In this document: positions 54,230-63,530 of the stretch, piece by piece
Layout: each line of letters opens with the position of its first letter
Position numbering within the stretch: position 1 is the stretch's first letter
Translations under genes and position numbers: made by a program
Assembly (NCBI GenBank): GCA_964424335.1
Contig: CAYRIY010000001.1
Coordinates: forward strand, 60,340-123,869
Reading direction: 5' to 3'
DNA from: an uncultured Clostridia bacterium
GTDB taxonomy: Bacteria > Bacillota > Limnochordia > DTU080 > RSA5
Length of the DNA: 63,530 nt
Notes under the pieces: generated by a model
Seen by the model: the letters and a program-made list of their open reading frames with translations, nothing else
Told to the model about the DNA's origin: nothing
Databases searched by the model: none

Positions 54230-55110
54230 GCAGAATGTGACAGCGCGCGTCCCCCTGACAACCACTCGTCTGAGAGTTCGCCCTGGCACACAAGGGTTGC
54301 GGGGCCGGTCATGTAGACCGGGCCACCGGATTGCCGCCATTCGACGTCGAGTTCTCCTCCTAGAAGGCGCACCGTCGTCTTTTCGCCGGCAAATCCGTTC
54401 AAAGCAGCGGCGACGCTAGCAGCGCACGCCCCGGTGCCGCACGCCATCGTCTCACCCGAGCCCCGCTCCCATACGCGCATCTCGAGGATGCCCTCTCCAA
54501 CGACTTTGATGAACTCCACGTTGGCTCGGTTTGGAAAGGCAGGGTGTCTTTCGAGTTTCGGACCAATCTCATTAACGAGCCGGTCGGTGATTTCGTCGGC
54601 GAATACCACACAGTGTGGGTTTCCCATCGAGACGGCTGTCACCAAGAAGGTGACGCCGTCCACCTCGAGCGGCGCCTGCACGGCATTTGCAGCCGGATCT
54701 CCGATCATTGGAATCTCCGATCGCGACAGGCGGGGCGCTCCCATGTCGACGCGGACTCGGTCCACCTTTCCACCCGAAGTCGAAAGTTGCAGTTTTCGCA
54801 AGCCGGCGCCCGTCTCGATCATGAGCTCGGTCTTTCGCGTCAAACCCGCATCATAAACGTATTTTCCGACGCACCGAATCCCGTTGCCGCACATCTCGGA
54901 CTCGCTTCCGTCGGAGTTGAACATGCGCATCCGAAAGTCGCCAAGCTCACTTGGAAGGATCGCAATGAGCCCGTCGGAACCGACGCCGAAATGAGGATCG
55001 CTCACCCGGCGCGCCAGCGCCGGAAAATCGATGCGGTCGGTCCCGGAGGTGAGGTCCAGGTAGATGTAGGCGTTGCCGAGTCCATGCATCTTGACGAACG
55101 GCAGGGACAT
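54226..55110 (-). CDS. dapF: Diaminopimelate epimerase
   Basis: FVKMHGLGNAY, NSDGSE..MCGNG and ACGTGA motifs (two catalytic Cys). Confidence 0.95.
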   Translation of the reverse strand: MSLPFVKMHGLGNAYIYLDLTSGTDRIDFPALARRVSDPHFGVGSDGLIAILPSELGDFRMRMFNSDGSESEMCGNGIRCVGKYVYDAGLTRKTELMIETGAGLRKLQLSTSGGKVDRVRVDMGAPRLSRSEIPMIGDPAANAVQAPLEVDGVTFLVTAVSMGNPHCVVFADEITDRLVNEIGPKLERHPAFPNRANVEFIKVVGEGILEMRVWERGSGETMACGTGACAASVAAALNGFAGEKTTVRLLGGELDVEWRQSGGPVYMTGPATLVCQGELSDEWLSGGRALSHSA

Positions 55111-55172
55111 GTAAGCGCTCCTCGTATGGTCTGATGGCGTGGTTTAATCATATTCGCAGTCGTCGCATTGAT

Positions 55173-55424
55173 TCAAGAAATCGTGTCAGCTTTTTGCGTG
55201 AACTCCGCATGGGCCGAGTGGTTCGCATCGCCTGCCGCCGATCCACAAATGACGCAATAGCCTTTCTCCCACGTTTGCCTGCGCATCTCCAGCGGCGCGT
55301 AGCGGGCGCCTTCGAGTGAGCCTTCCCTTTTTCCCTGTCTGCGCCCAATCGCGTATCCGAAGAAAAATGCGAGAAACGCGACGAGCAATATGAGGCTCGG
55401 GGCGTTCCACAATCGTTCGACCAA
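55173..55424 (-). CDS. Possible small single-TM protein (83 aa)
   Basis: In-frame TTG at 55424, 5 nt after the upstream TAG. TM segment SLILLVAFLAFFFGYAI followed by a charged tail with CVIC. The longer track ORF (to 55598) overlaps the upstream gene in another frame. Confidence 0.35.
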   Translation of the reverse strand: MVERLWNAPSLILLVAFLAFFFGYAIGRRQGKREGSLEGARYAPLEMRRQTWEKGYCVICGSAAGDANHSAHAEFTQKADTIS

Positions 55425-55429
55425 CTGTT

Positions 55430-56053
55430 CTACCAGCGGACCCACCCCCGGGTTTTCACGATTGGCCTTGCGATCGCGTGGCACGACCATGAGACGACGG
55501 GGACCGCAACGAAGACCACCGCTGTTTCGACGGGCAAGATGAGACAGCTTGCAACGAGCGCGGCGAGCGCCGCCATGCGCGCCTCCATGATTCCCCACCT
55601 TCGTGCGATGTTGGGGTTGCCTGTCCTTTGATCGACGATCAAGTCGTCGAGATCGTCAAATACTTGGACGGAAAACATGACGAAAAGTGACCACAAGACC
55701 GTTGGAAGCGGCAAGAACAAGAGCGCGACAAGGAGCGTGATCCCGCCCTCCTGGTATCCGACGAGCCCTGAAGGGAGCTGTCTGTCGAAGTCGCCGGCCA
55801 TCCCCACGGCATATGCGCCGACCATGAGAGCAGCCGCGGTTTGGGCGTCCAACATCACGGCGAGCGCAAATCCGATCAACGAATAGGGCAACGTGCCCTC
55901 GCCCAGCCGAGTCGCAAGGGTTTCGACTCCCTCAAACACGTCGTAACGCAGGTCCAGGAAATCGTCCATCAGGCGGATGACGCCGCCCATCAGCAAGATG
56001 CATGTGATGGTCCGAGCAAGGTCGGCCAAGTGCTCAAATCCAGCGCCAGACAA
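55430..56053 (-). CDS. Polytopic membrane protein with two DDxxDxxxD motifs (UbiA-like?)
   Basis: 207 aa, about 6-7 TM. MDDFLDLRYD and FDDLDDLIVDQRTGNPN motifs, one in each half. The TTG start overlaps the GTPase gene by 20 nt. Confidence 0.6.
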   Translation of the reverse strand: MSGAGFEHLADLARTITCILLMGGVIRLMDDFLDLRYDVFEGVETLATRLGEGTLPYSLIGFALAVMLDAQTAAALMVGAYAVGMAGDFDRQLPSGLVGYQEGGITLLVALLFLPLPTVLWSLFVMFSVQVFDDLDDLIVDQRTGNPNIARRWGIMEARMAALAALVASCLILPVETAVVFVAVPVVSWSCHAIARPIVKTRGWVRW

Positions 56054-56642
56054 AGCGCTTCACCTCTCTGAATCCCTGGCGGTTGAGAGCGGAGATCGCC
56101 ACGACGGGATGACCCGAAAACTCCATCTTGATTCGTTCTAGACCGCGTTCAGCGCCCGGAAGGTCTACTTTGTTGGCGAGGATCAGGTAGCCGTCTCTGA
56201 TCTGGGCGAACTGCGCCACCTGATAGTCGACTTCGCCGACGGCTCGGAGCACACCGGCCTCTCCCGCTCGGGAGGCGTCGACCAGATGTAAGATGAGGTC
56301 GGCGTCGCGCACGGCCGCGAGTGTCTGCGCCATGGCCCGGCGCACTGAGGCGTCGGTGTGGATCCCTTCCATCAATCCGCTCGTGTCGATGATGTCGAAG
56401 CGCTTCACGCCTTTTCCGACGGGCAGTTCGAGCCGGATCGACTGCAGGCGCCGGGTTTGGTGCGGTTCGGAGCTCGAGAGCTCCTTGATGGCGGTCTTAA
56501 GGTCATAGGTACGGACGGACCGCTCTCCCGAAGGCTCTTCAAACGCCACTTCGAGGGAATTGATGCCAAGGTAGTCGGCGAACTGGAGCGTGAACAGGGT
56601 TTTTCCCACATTCGTCTTGCCGATCACGATGCACCGCTTCAT
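56034..56642 (-). CDS. Small stand-alone GTPase (MMR_HSR1/Era-like G domain)
   Basis: G1 GKTNVGKT, G3 DTSG, G4 NKVD. The ATG overlaps the spoVK stop (ATGA). Confidence 0.8.
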   Translation of the reverse strand: MKRCIVIGKTNVGKTLFTLQFADYLGINSLEVAFEEPSGERSVRTYDLKTAIKELSSSEPHQTRRLQSIRLELPVGKGVKRFDIIDTSGLMEGIHTDASVRRAMAQTLAAVRDADLILHLVDASRAGEAGVLRAVGEVDYQVAQFAQIRDGYLILANKVDLPGAERGLERIKMEFSGHPVVAISALNRQGFREVKRFVWRWI

Positions 56643-57640
56643 GCGCCGTTCACCTCTTCAAAGTCGGCCTCGGTGATCAGCACGAGGTCGTCTCGAGTGA
56701 CGGACGGCTGCTTGACGAGGCGAACGGCCTGGCGGCGAATGGCGCGCTCGATCACGTTTCGCACGTGGCGGGCATTGCCGAAGTTGGGATCGTCCGACTC
56801 GAGTCGTCCTTTGAGCAGCGCCGTCAACCGTTTGCGAGCGGCGCTCGTCAAGCGGTACTCCCGGGCTTTCAGCATGTCGGCGCCGATTTGGAGCAGTTCA
56901 TCGGCCTTGTAATCGGGAAAGTCGATGTGGATGGGAAACCGAGACCGGAGCCCCGGATTGGTCTGCAGGAAGTACTCCATCTCCCTGCGGTAACCGGCAA
57001 GAATGAGCACCAACTGGTCCTTGTAATCCTCCATCGCCTTGACGAGCGTATCGATAGCCTCTTTGCCAAAGTCCTTTTCCCCGCCCCGCGCCAGCGAATA
57101 CGCTTCGTCGACGAAGAGAATGCCGCCCATTGCCTTTTTCACTTGCTCGCGAGTTTTTTGGGCGGTGTGACCGATGTACTCCCCAACCAGGTCTGCCCGC
57201 TCACATTCGACGAGGTGTCCTTTGGGAAGCACCTCCATCGCCTCGAACATCCTCCCGAATATTCGCGCCACGGTGGTCTTTCCGGTCCCTGGGTTTCCTT
57301 TGAAGATCATGTGCAGGGCGAGCGGTTCGGTTGCAAGGCGCGCCCTAGCGCGCCGTTGCTGGATCTCTACAAAGGCTTGGACTTCCTTTACGAGGTCCTT
57401 GACGCTGCCAAGACCGGTAAGTCCCTCAAGCTCTTCCATCACCCGGCGCAGCCGCTCTTTGCGCGCCTCTTGGTCGTCGGCTTCCGTCCGAACGCGCGGC
57501 TTTGTCGCCGGCTGGGGAGCGCGCTCGAGCCGTCGAAACAGCGCGAAGGCCTCGGCCGGCGAGACGCGTCCCTCCTCCAACCAGTCGAGGATTTCGTCTG
57601 CGGTGCGGGGTGGCTGAACGGCTTCTGCCATCCTCGGCAC
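56639..57640 (-). CDS. spoVK: AAA+ ATPase, stage V sporulation protein K family
   Basis: CbxX/SpoVK-type AAA: LHMIFKGNPGTGKTTVAR, ILFVDEAY, LILAGY, SRF. Confidence 0.85.
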   Translation of the reverse strand: MPRMAEAVQPPRTADEILDWLEEGRVSPAEAFALFRRLERAPQPATKPRVRTEADDQEARKERLRRVMEELEGLTGLGSVKDLVKEVQAFVEIQQRRARARLATEPLALHMIFKGNPGTGKTTVARIFGRMFEAMEVLPKGHLVECERADLVGEYIGHTAQKTREQVKKAMGGILFVDEAYSLARGGEKDFGKEAIDTLVKAMEDYKDQLVLILAGYRREMEYFLQTNPGLRSRFPIHIDFPDYKADELLQIGADMLKAREYRLTSAARKRLTALLKGRLESDDPNFGNARHVRNVIERAIRRQAVRLVKQPSVTRDDLVLITEADFEEVNGA

Positions 57641-57806
57641 ACCTGCCTTAACAAAGTGGTAGGTTCGTTTGGTGGACTTTTTCGTATATATACGCCCGGG
57701 GTTGCGGCGTTACGCATCGGAAGTCGCTGGAGCAAATCGGCTCGGCATTTTCTAATCATCAACGGGATTCCCACAGAGGCCGCCGATTTGGTAGAATAGG
57801 TCGTGA

Positions 57807-59039
57807 TTGACGAAAAGAGGCGCATTGGGATTGCCTTACTACCGGAGCAATCTGCTGGTGCTCTGGGTCACGACCTTCCTCGCTGCCGCGAGTTGGACCC
57901 AGGTTGTTCCCTTTCTCCCCATATTCCTCGCCGAACTTGGCGTCGAGGACAACCTAAACCAGTGGGCGGGAATCGTTTTCGGCGTGCAGTACGCCGCCGG
58001 AATCATGATGGGGCCCTTGTGGGGACGACTTGCCGACCATCGCGGCCGCAAATTGATGACGCTGCGGGCCGGCGTCTGCCTGAGCGCCATCTACTTTCTC
58101 ACAGGGCTTGCCACCGAGGCTTGGCACGTCGCCGTGTTGCGATTCCTCAATGGCGCCTTGACCGGGTTTATTCCATCCTCGATCGCCTTGGTTGCGGCGA
58201 ACACCCCAAAGGAGCTCGCGCCAAGGTATGTCGCTTCGATTCAAACGTCCGTTGCCGCCGGCACAGTAGTCGGTCCAATGATTGGGGGCATTTTTGCCGG
58301 AGTCTTCGGCATTCGCGGCGCCCTCTTTACTTCGGGCTCTGTGGTGGGATTTGCGACGCTGCTCGTGCTCTTGATCGTGAAAGAGAAGCACGCGGGCAAA
58401 CCCAAGGAACGAACGACGCTCCTTCAAGACTTCTCGACGGCCTTGCATTCACCGACGCTCCTTGTGGTGATGATCGTCACGGTCGTCGCCATGTTTGGAA
58501 GCATTGCCGTCCAACCGATGCTTGCGCTTTACGTCCAAGAGCTCTCAGGAAGTTCGTCTACGGCTTTGAGCGGGGTTATTTTCTCTCTCCCCGGACTTGC
58601 TCTCGTGATCTCCGCGAGCGCGTGGGTGCGCATCGGCGAGCGCATCGGCTTTCGCATCGTCATGCGGCGCGCACTCGCGATTGCGGCCATCATTGCGCTC
58701 GCCATGCCGTTCATCCATTCGATCGTCTGGTTCGGCGTGGCATACTTCCTGCAGGGACTCTTCATCGCAGCGCTGCGGCCCTCTTCGTCAGCCATGATCT
58801 CGACCGAGGTAGACAGCTCCTTTCATGGAAGGGCGTTTGGCATGCAACAGTCCGCTACGACGCTCGGCGGCATGTTTGGCCCGATACTTGCAGGTCTGAT
58901 AGGCGGCATGTTCGGCTTAGGCTCGGTGTTTTGGTTGGTAGGGGTCGTCATGGCGGCAGGCGTCGCCGTGATGTACTTCCTCGAGCGGGAACGCTCCAAA
59001 GGCGCCACTTCCCTAGAGTCCAACGCGACGTTTCAATAG
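57807..59039 (+). CDS. MFS transporter (12 TM)
   Basis: GPLWGRLADHRGRK (MFS motif A) and hydrophobic periodicity. The overlapping Arg-rich frame 57803..59071 is rejected. Confidence 0.85.
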   Translation: MTKRGALGLPYYRSNLLVLWVTTFLAAASWTQVVPFLPIFLAELGVEDNLNQWAGIVFGVQYAAGIMMGPLWGRLADHRGRKLMTLRAGVCLSAIYFLTGLATEAWHVAVLRFLNGALTGFIPSSIALVAANTPKELAPRYVASIQTSVAAGTVVGPMIGGIFAGVFGIRGALFTSGSVVGFATLLVLLIVKEKHAGKPKERTTLLQDFSTALHSPTLLVVMIVTVVAMFGSIAVQPMLALYVQELSGSSSTALSGVIFSLPGLALVISASAWVRIGERIGFRIVMRRALAIAAIIALAMPFIHSIVWFGVAYFLQGLFIAALRPSSSAMISTEVDSSFHGRAFGMQQSATTLGGMFGPILAGLIGGMFGLGSVFWLVGVVMAAGVAVMYFLERERSKGATSLESNATFQ

Positions 59040-59102
59040 GATACAAGGGCTTACGCGCGCGCCGTCCGTGATCAATGGGTCTATGGAGGTTCGAAAATAT
59101 AG

Positions 59103-59909
59103 ATGGCTCCCCGATCGAAAGAAGCCCGAGAGGCGCTGAAGTCCATCATCGTCGAGGACAAGCCGGGATACGTCCGATCCATGTTTGATTCGATCGCTCA
59201 AAACTACGACAGGATGAACTGGATCATGACCGGGGGGTTGCTTGCCCTTTGGCACAGGGCGTTCTTGAAGCTGACGAACCTTCGCGAGGGCGAATCGGCC
59301 CTCGACGTTTGCTGCGGAACCGGCGACCTTTCATTCCTGATGGCAAGTCGGGTCGGTCCCAAGGGAAGCGTGACCGGCCTCGATTTCTCGGAAAAAATGC
59401 TCGAAATCGCGAAGGCTCGGCACGAAAGCAAGGCGCGCGAGAAAGGCGCGTCCCTCGCCGAGATCACGTGGACCCATGGAGATGCGCTCGACCTGCCTTT
59501 CGAGGACGGAGGGGATGACCGAGGGTTTGCGTGTGTGACAATGGGATTTGCCTTGCGCAACGTTGCGGACGTGGCAAGGAGCATCAGCGAGATGGCACGA
59601 GTTGCCCGTGTCGGCGGTCGCGTGATCTGTCTTGAGGTGTCGCGCCCCAACAACCCAGTCTTTCGGGCTGGATTCAACTTATACTTCTTTCGGCTCGTTC
59701 CGATCATCGGACGCTGGGCCGAGCGGAGAGCTAGGCGATCCAACCAGCTCTCGAAGCTGCCGCCGTACACGTACCTGCCCTACTCGCTCGAGCATTTGCC
59801 TCCTTCGGAGCGAATCCTCGAGATGATGCGCGAGGCTGGTCTTTCCGACGTGAAGCAGGTGCCGCTCACCGGGGGCGCCGTCTCCCTTTACGTAGGTGTA
59901 AAGAGCTAA
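59103..59909 (+). CDS. ubiE: Demethylmenaquinone/ubiquinone methyltransferase (UbiE/MenG)
   Basis: MFDSIAQNYDRMN, LDVCCGTGD, FGLRN-like GFALRNV. Confidence 0.9.
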   Translation: MAPRSKEAREALKSIIVEDKPGYVRSMFDSIAQNYDRMNWIMTGGLLALWHRAFLKLTNLREGESALDVCCGTGDLSFLMASRVGPKGSVTGLDFSEKMLEIAKARHESKAREKGASLAEITWTHGDALDLPFEDGGDDRGFACVTMGFALRNVADVARSISEMARVARVGGRVICLEVSRPNNPVFRAGFNLYFFRLVPIIGRWAERRARRSNQLSKLPPYTYLPYSLEHLPPSERILEMMREAGLSDVKQVPLTGGAVSLYVGVKS

Positions 59910-60014
59910 GTTTGCACGGGCGTTGGTTAAACGTCGCAGGATGATGATGCACCCTCGAAATGTTGTGTTATAATATGAAACCAATAGCTTTTAGAAAGCG
60001 GTGTTAATCCTGAC

Positions 60015-61016
60015 ATGACGCCCGAACGGGTTTTAGTTGGAGCGACGAGCGGCAGCTCGGCGGTCGATTCCCAGATGAGTCGTGAGGATCTGATATCCGA
60101 GATCAACAGGCTTCGAAAAGAGCGAAACGCGGTCATCTTGGCTCACAACTACCAGTTGCCAGAGATCCAGGATCTCGCGGACTTTACCGGCGACTCACTC
60201 GGCCTTTCGCGGCAGGCCGCCAAGACGGACGCGGACGTCATTGTCTTTTGTGGTGTCCACTTCATGGCCGAGACAGCGGCCGTCCTCTCGCCGGACAAGA
60301 AAGTGTTGCTTCCGGATATCGAAGCCGGCTGTTCGCTTGCGGACACGATTACGGCCGATCAGTTGCGGGCCTGGAAAAAAGAGCACCCGGACGCGGTGGT
60401 CGTAAGCTACGTCAATACGACGGCCGAGGTCAAGGCGGAGACAGACATCTGTTGCACGTCCTCAAACGCGGTGGAAGTGGTGCAGTCCATTCCCGAGGAC
60501 AAGGAGATCCTCTTCCTCCCCGACATGTTCCTTGGAAGCTACGTAGAAAAGATGACCGGCAGAAAGATGCACATCTGGATGGGTGAGTGTCACGTGCACG
60601 CCGGCATCCACTCCGACGACCTCTCTCAGCTTACCAATCGATTTCCCGACGCGGAGATCCTGATTCACCCCGAGTGCGGGTGCAGCACTTCGTCGATGTA
60701 CGACCTCGCTGTGGGTCAGCTTCCCGCCAACACGTCGCTGCTCTCGACAGGCAAGATGCTGGAACACGCGCGCAAGTCAAGCTCTGAGAGCTTTATCGTT
60801 GCGACCGAGGTTGGAATCCTCCACAAGTTGACGCAGGAAAATCCGGACAAGACCTTTATCCCTGCTGCGGAGCACGCGGTCTGCCCCTTCATGAAAAAGA
60901 TCACGCTCGAAAAGGTGCTTCGCTCTTTAGAGAGCGATGTCTACCACATCACGGTGGAGCCCGAGATTGCAGACCGGGCCCGACGAGCGATCGAGCGCAT
61001 GATTGAGATCGGATAA
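60015..61016 (+). CDS. nadA: Quinolinate synthase A
   Basis: NAVILAHNYQ, GVHFMAETA, two HPECGC-type motifs. The start may instead be the ATG at 60075. An extended -10 (TGTTATAAT) lies at about 59966-59974. Confidence 0.9.
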   Translation: MTPERVLVGATSGSSAVDSQMSREDLISEINRLRKERNAVILAHNYQLPEIQDLADFTGDSLGLSRQAAKTDADVIVFCGVHFMAETAAVLSPDKKVLLPDIEAGCSLADTITADQLRAWKKEHPDAVVVSYVNTTAEVKAETDICCTSSNAVEVVQSIPEDKEILFLPDMFLGSYVEKMTGRKMHIWMGECHVHAGIHSDDLSQLTNRFPDAEILIHPECGCSTSSMYDLAVGQLPANTSLLSTGKMLEHARKSSSESFIVATEVGILHKLTQENPDKTFIPAAEHAVCPFMKKITLEKVLRSLESDVYHITVEPEIADRARRAIERMIEIG

Positions 61017-61020
61017 GGCG

Positions 61021-61983
61021 TCACACGTAAAATGCTGCTCGTATATCGGCCTCGACGAGATCGACCGCACGTTCGATTGACCCGATCTCGTCGAGGTCGA
61101 TCCATTTGATGCGGTCCTCTCTTCGAAACCAAGTGTATTGCCGCTTGGCAAAGCGGCGCGTGTCCCGCTTCAAAATCTCAACAGCCTCTTCGAGCGTGCG
61201 CTCTCCCTTCAAATAGCTCGCGATCTCCTTAAATCCCAGGGCTTGCCTTGCAATTTTAGGCTCACCGTACTTGGCCAACACCTCTTTGATCTCGCCTACC
61301 AAACCCATTCGTATTTGCTCGTCGACCCGCTCGTCGATCCGGCGGTAGAGCTCTTCTCTAGGACGAGTGAGCCCAAACATGAGCGTTTCGTATGGCGGCG
61401 CGGGAGCGGTCTTGGACTTGAGGTGTTCGGAGAAGGGAACGCCTGTTCGAGCATGCACTTCAAGGGCGCGAACGACCCGCCGCACGTCATTTGGATGGAT
61501 GCGGGCCGCCGCGGCCGGATCGACGGCGCGCAGCCGGTCGTGCAGCGCATCCGGGCCGAGGAGCTCTGCTTCTTGCTCGAGCTCGCGCCGTAAAATCGGA
61601 TCGGCGCCTTCGTCTGGAAAGAGAAACTCATCGAGGACGGCTTTTACGTAAAGCCCCGTGCCGCCCGAAAGAATGGGCAGTCGCCCTCGGGAATGCACGG
61701 ATGCGATCGCCTGGTGCGCGAGGGTGCGGTATTCGGCCACATTGAACGCTTCATCGGGGTCGACGATGTCGATCAAGTGGTGAGCGACGCCCCGCCGCTC
61801 CTTTATCGTTGGCTTGGCGGACGCGATGTCGAGCCCGCGATAGACCTGCATGGAGTCTGCCGTTACGATCTCGCCATTGGTTTTGAGCGCCAAGCGGATG
61901 GAGAACTCCGTCTTTCCCACCGCAGTAGGCCCTACGATGACCACCAATGGCTGCTTTGATTTGAGATCGGATCCACTCGTCAC
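61021..61983 (-). CDS. miaA: tRNA dimethylallyltransferase
   Basis: VIVGPTAVGKT P-loop, SADSMQVYRGLDI, GGTGLY. Confidence 0.95.
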   Translation of the reverse strand: MTSGSDLKSKQPLVVIVGPTAVGKTEFSIRLALKTNGEIVTADSMQVYRGLDIASAKPTIKERRGVAHHLIDIVDPDEAFNVAEYRTLAHQAIASVHSRGRLPILSGGTGLYVKAVLDEFLFPDEGADPILRRELEQEAELLGPDALHDRLRAVDPAAAARIHPNDVRRVVRALEVHARTGVPFSEHLKSKTAPAPPYETLMFGLTRPREELYRRIDERVDEQIRMGLVGEIKEVLAKYGEPKIARQALGFKEIASYLKGERTLEEAVEILKRDTRRFAKRQYTWFRREDRIKWIDLDEIGSIERAVDLVEADIRAAFYV

Positions 61984-61998
61984 GGCACTGCTCCTCTG

Positions 61999-62826
61999 TC
62001 ACGCGTCGAGCACACAGTAGCATATCCGACTCTTGGGCCCGCCGACGACCCTGTCGAACCAACCTGTGCTTGCGTATGGGCCTTCTTTTCGGTCCTTTAC
62101 GACCACGCACCGCCTGGCGACACGCCTTGCCAGTTCCAAAGAGCGCTTCTCCAAAGGTGCGCTGTTGCCAATGGCTCGCAAAGGGATCATGTGCCGGCTT
62201 TCTTCAACCGGGTCTTCAAAGAGCGGGTCGAAGTAGACGACGTCGACCGACTTTGCCCTTGCATCATGCTCGAGGTACTGCTCGTAGTCTGCGTGGACGA
62301 CCTCGATGCGGCGCAGCGCTTCGGTCACCGCCGGAACGTCGTGGACGTAGCGCTTCATGCCTTCGCGCACCACGATTGCGACCAGAGCCTGGGATTCGAG
62401 GCCAACGGCCCGCCCGCGCGCTCCTACGATATAACTTGCCACCAACAGGTCACTGCCGATTCCGAGGGTGGCGTCGAGGACCCAGTCGCCTTGATCAAGG
62501 CCCATGGCCTTGATCATCCAGTCCTCCCCGCCCTTTCTCATGGAGCGGATTCGGTTGACGCCCATCCCCGGGTGGTAGCGGAAGACGATGTCGCCCCAAT
62601 ATAGGGTGAGACCATCCTCGCCGGTTACGATGACCGGGATGTGTCGGTTTCCTTCGGAGCGCTCAGCTTGAAGGGCCTGGATCGCGAGCCCTCTCCTGGG
62701 GACGAAGCTGAGTCCGTACTCCTCGGCAAGTGCCAAGGCCTTCGCTTCATCGAGCGCACTGGGCTTGCGTGAGGTCGTTATCACCGCATCGACCTTTAGG
62801 TCCTGGAGTGAGCGATCTTGGCTCAC
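61999..62826 (-). CDS. Class I SAM-dependent methyltransferase (RsmJ/DUF548-like)
   Basis: VLDATLGIGSD (motif I) and VVYFDPLF (DPMF-like motif IV). Confidence 0.75.
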   Translation of the reverse strand: MSQDRSLQDLKVDAVITTSRKPSALDEAKALALAEEYGLSFVPRRGLAIQALQAERSEGNRHIPVIVTGEDGLTLYWGDIVFRYHPGMGVNRIRSMRKGGEDWMIKAMGLDQGDWVLDATLGIGSDLLVASYIVGARGRAVGLESQALVAIVVREGMKRYVHDVPAVTEALRRIEVVHADYEQYLEHDARAKSVDVVYFDPLFEDPVEESRHMIPLRAIGNSAPLEKRSLELARRVARRCVVVKDRKEGPYASTGWFDRVVGGPKSRICYCVLDA

Positions 62827-63530
62827 GACCTGCCAAACCTCCGCTCAAACTCTCGAAGCGAGAGCTCGATGATGACGGGGCGCCCGTGCGGGCAGGCAAA
62901 AGGGTTTTGGACGTCCGCAAGGTCGCGCACGAGCCGCTCGGCAGCGGGAATCGACAGCCACTCGCCCGCCTTGATCGCAGCTCGGCAGGCGACGGTCGCC
63001 GCCGATCGTTCGGCAAGGGAAGGACCGCCCTCATGCATCACGCCGATCAGCTCTTCGAGGAGCCCTTCAAACTGGGTCCCGGCGCCCTTCGCGATCGTCG
63101 AGGGCACGCCCCGCAGCGCGTAATCCCTCGGACCGAAGCGCTCGACTACAAACCCAAATTCGGCCAGATCAGAAAGTACGTCCTCGATCGCCGCCGCCTG
63201 GCGCGGGGACAGGGACAATGGGTGCGGAACGAGCAACTCTTGGATCGCCGGGCGTGCGGACATCTTTGAAGCGAGCACCCTTTCGAACAGGATGCGCTCG
63301 TGGGCGACGTGTTGATCGATCACCCACAGCCCGGTTGGAGCAGGGACCAAAAGGTACGTGAGGGCGATCTGACCGAGCACCCTCGCCGACCTGAGGAGCT
63401 GTCTTATGTCGACGCCCTCCCGCTCGTACATCGCGGCTCGTTCGGCGTATGCGGCGTCTGCTTCTTTCAATGCGATGCGCTCCCCGGCGTGGGCCGCTTT
63501 GGTGGGCTCATCCAAACTTACGAGCGCATC
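62823..63530 (-). CDS. mutL: DNA mismatch repair protein MutL, C-terminal part (continues past the right edge)
   Basis: C-terminal dimerisation/endonuclease domain: DQHVAHERILFE, ACRAAIKAG, FACPHGRP. The frame is open to the window end. Confidence 0.9.
   Translation of the reverse strand, partial: DALVSLDEPTKAAHAGERIALKEADAAYAERAAMYEREGVDIRQLLRSARVLGQIALTYLLVPAPTGLWVIDQHVAHERILFERVLASKMSARPAIQELLVPHPLSLSPRQAAAIEDVLSDLAEFGFVVERFGPRDYALRGVPSTIAKGAGTQFEGLLEELIGVMHEGGPSLAERSAATVACRAAIKAGEWLSIPAAERLVRDLADVQNPFACPHGRPVIIELSLREFERRFGRS

Noticed and set aside
57803-59071. 422-aa ORF overlapping the MFS transporter gene in another frame.
   Set aside because: The Arg/Pro/Gly-rich composition is typical of off-frame translation in GC-rich DNA. 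The 57807 frame gives a textbook 12-TM MFS protein.
1-63530. CRISPR arrays, rRNA genes, intact IS elements or prophage modules.
   Set aside because: No regularly spaced direct repeats, no 16S/23S/5S-like sequence, no transposase motif (DDE, HUH, serine recombinase) and no phage structural genes were seen. The only recombinase is the lone XerC/D-like gene.

Overview
63.5-kb chromosomal window that looks like a moderately high-GC, endospore-forming Firmicute. Supporting genes: sigH, spoVK, lexA with Cheo boxes facing a YneA-like LysM gene, mntR, a YpmA-like gene and a TRAP-type trp leader. I call about 60 protein genes and one tRNA-Trp. I saw no rRNA, CRISPR array or intact IS element.

Most of the window is housekeeping: a MarR-ABC exporter operon, nagB-like, ychF, a class-III aminotransferase, an mntABCD-mntR-type metal uptake operon (one permease carries a C-terminal DtxR-like domain), the lexA/SOS module, sigH, speH, ynbB-like, a complete trpEGDCFBA operon, dapF, spoVK, ubiE/menG, nadA, miaA and the 3' part of mutL.

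The main candidate for an undescribed system is 15.3-29.6 kb. It is a tightly packed, same-strand nine-gene cluster: a secreted 4-repeat DUF4340-like protein, a 1012-aa solute-binding protein with two extra beta-sandwich-like modules, two separate MalF/MalG-type permease pairs, an NHL-propeller/Yip1 membrane protein, a secreted DUF5696-like protein and an oxidoreductase. It has no ATPase, no regulator and no recognisable glycosidase. A 760-bp non-coding island rich in palindromes precedes it.

The second highlight is a run of 14 (G/U)AG triplets in the trp leader, which is a TRAP-type attenuator signature. All coordinates of small sites were hand-indexed against the ORF track and may be off by 1-2 nt. 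All family names come from motif recognition by eye, not from database searches.
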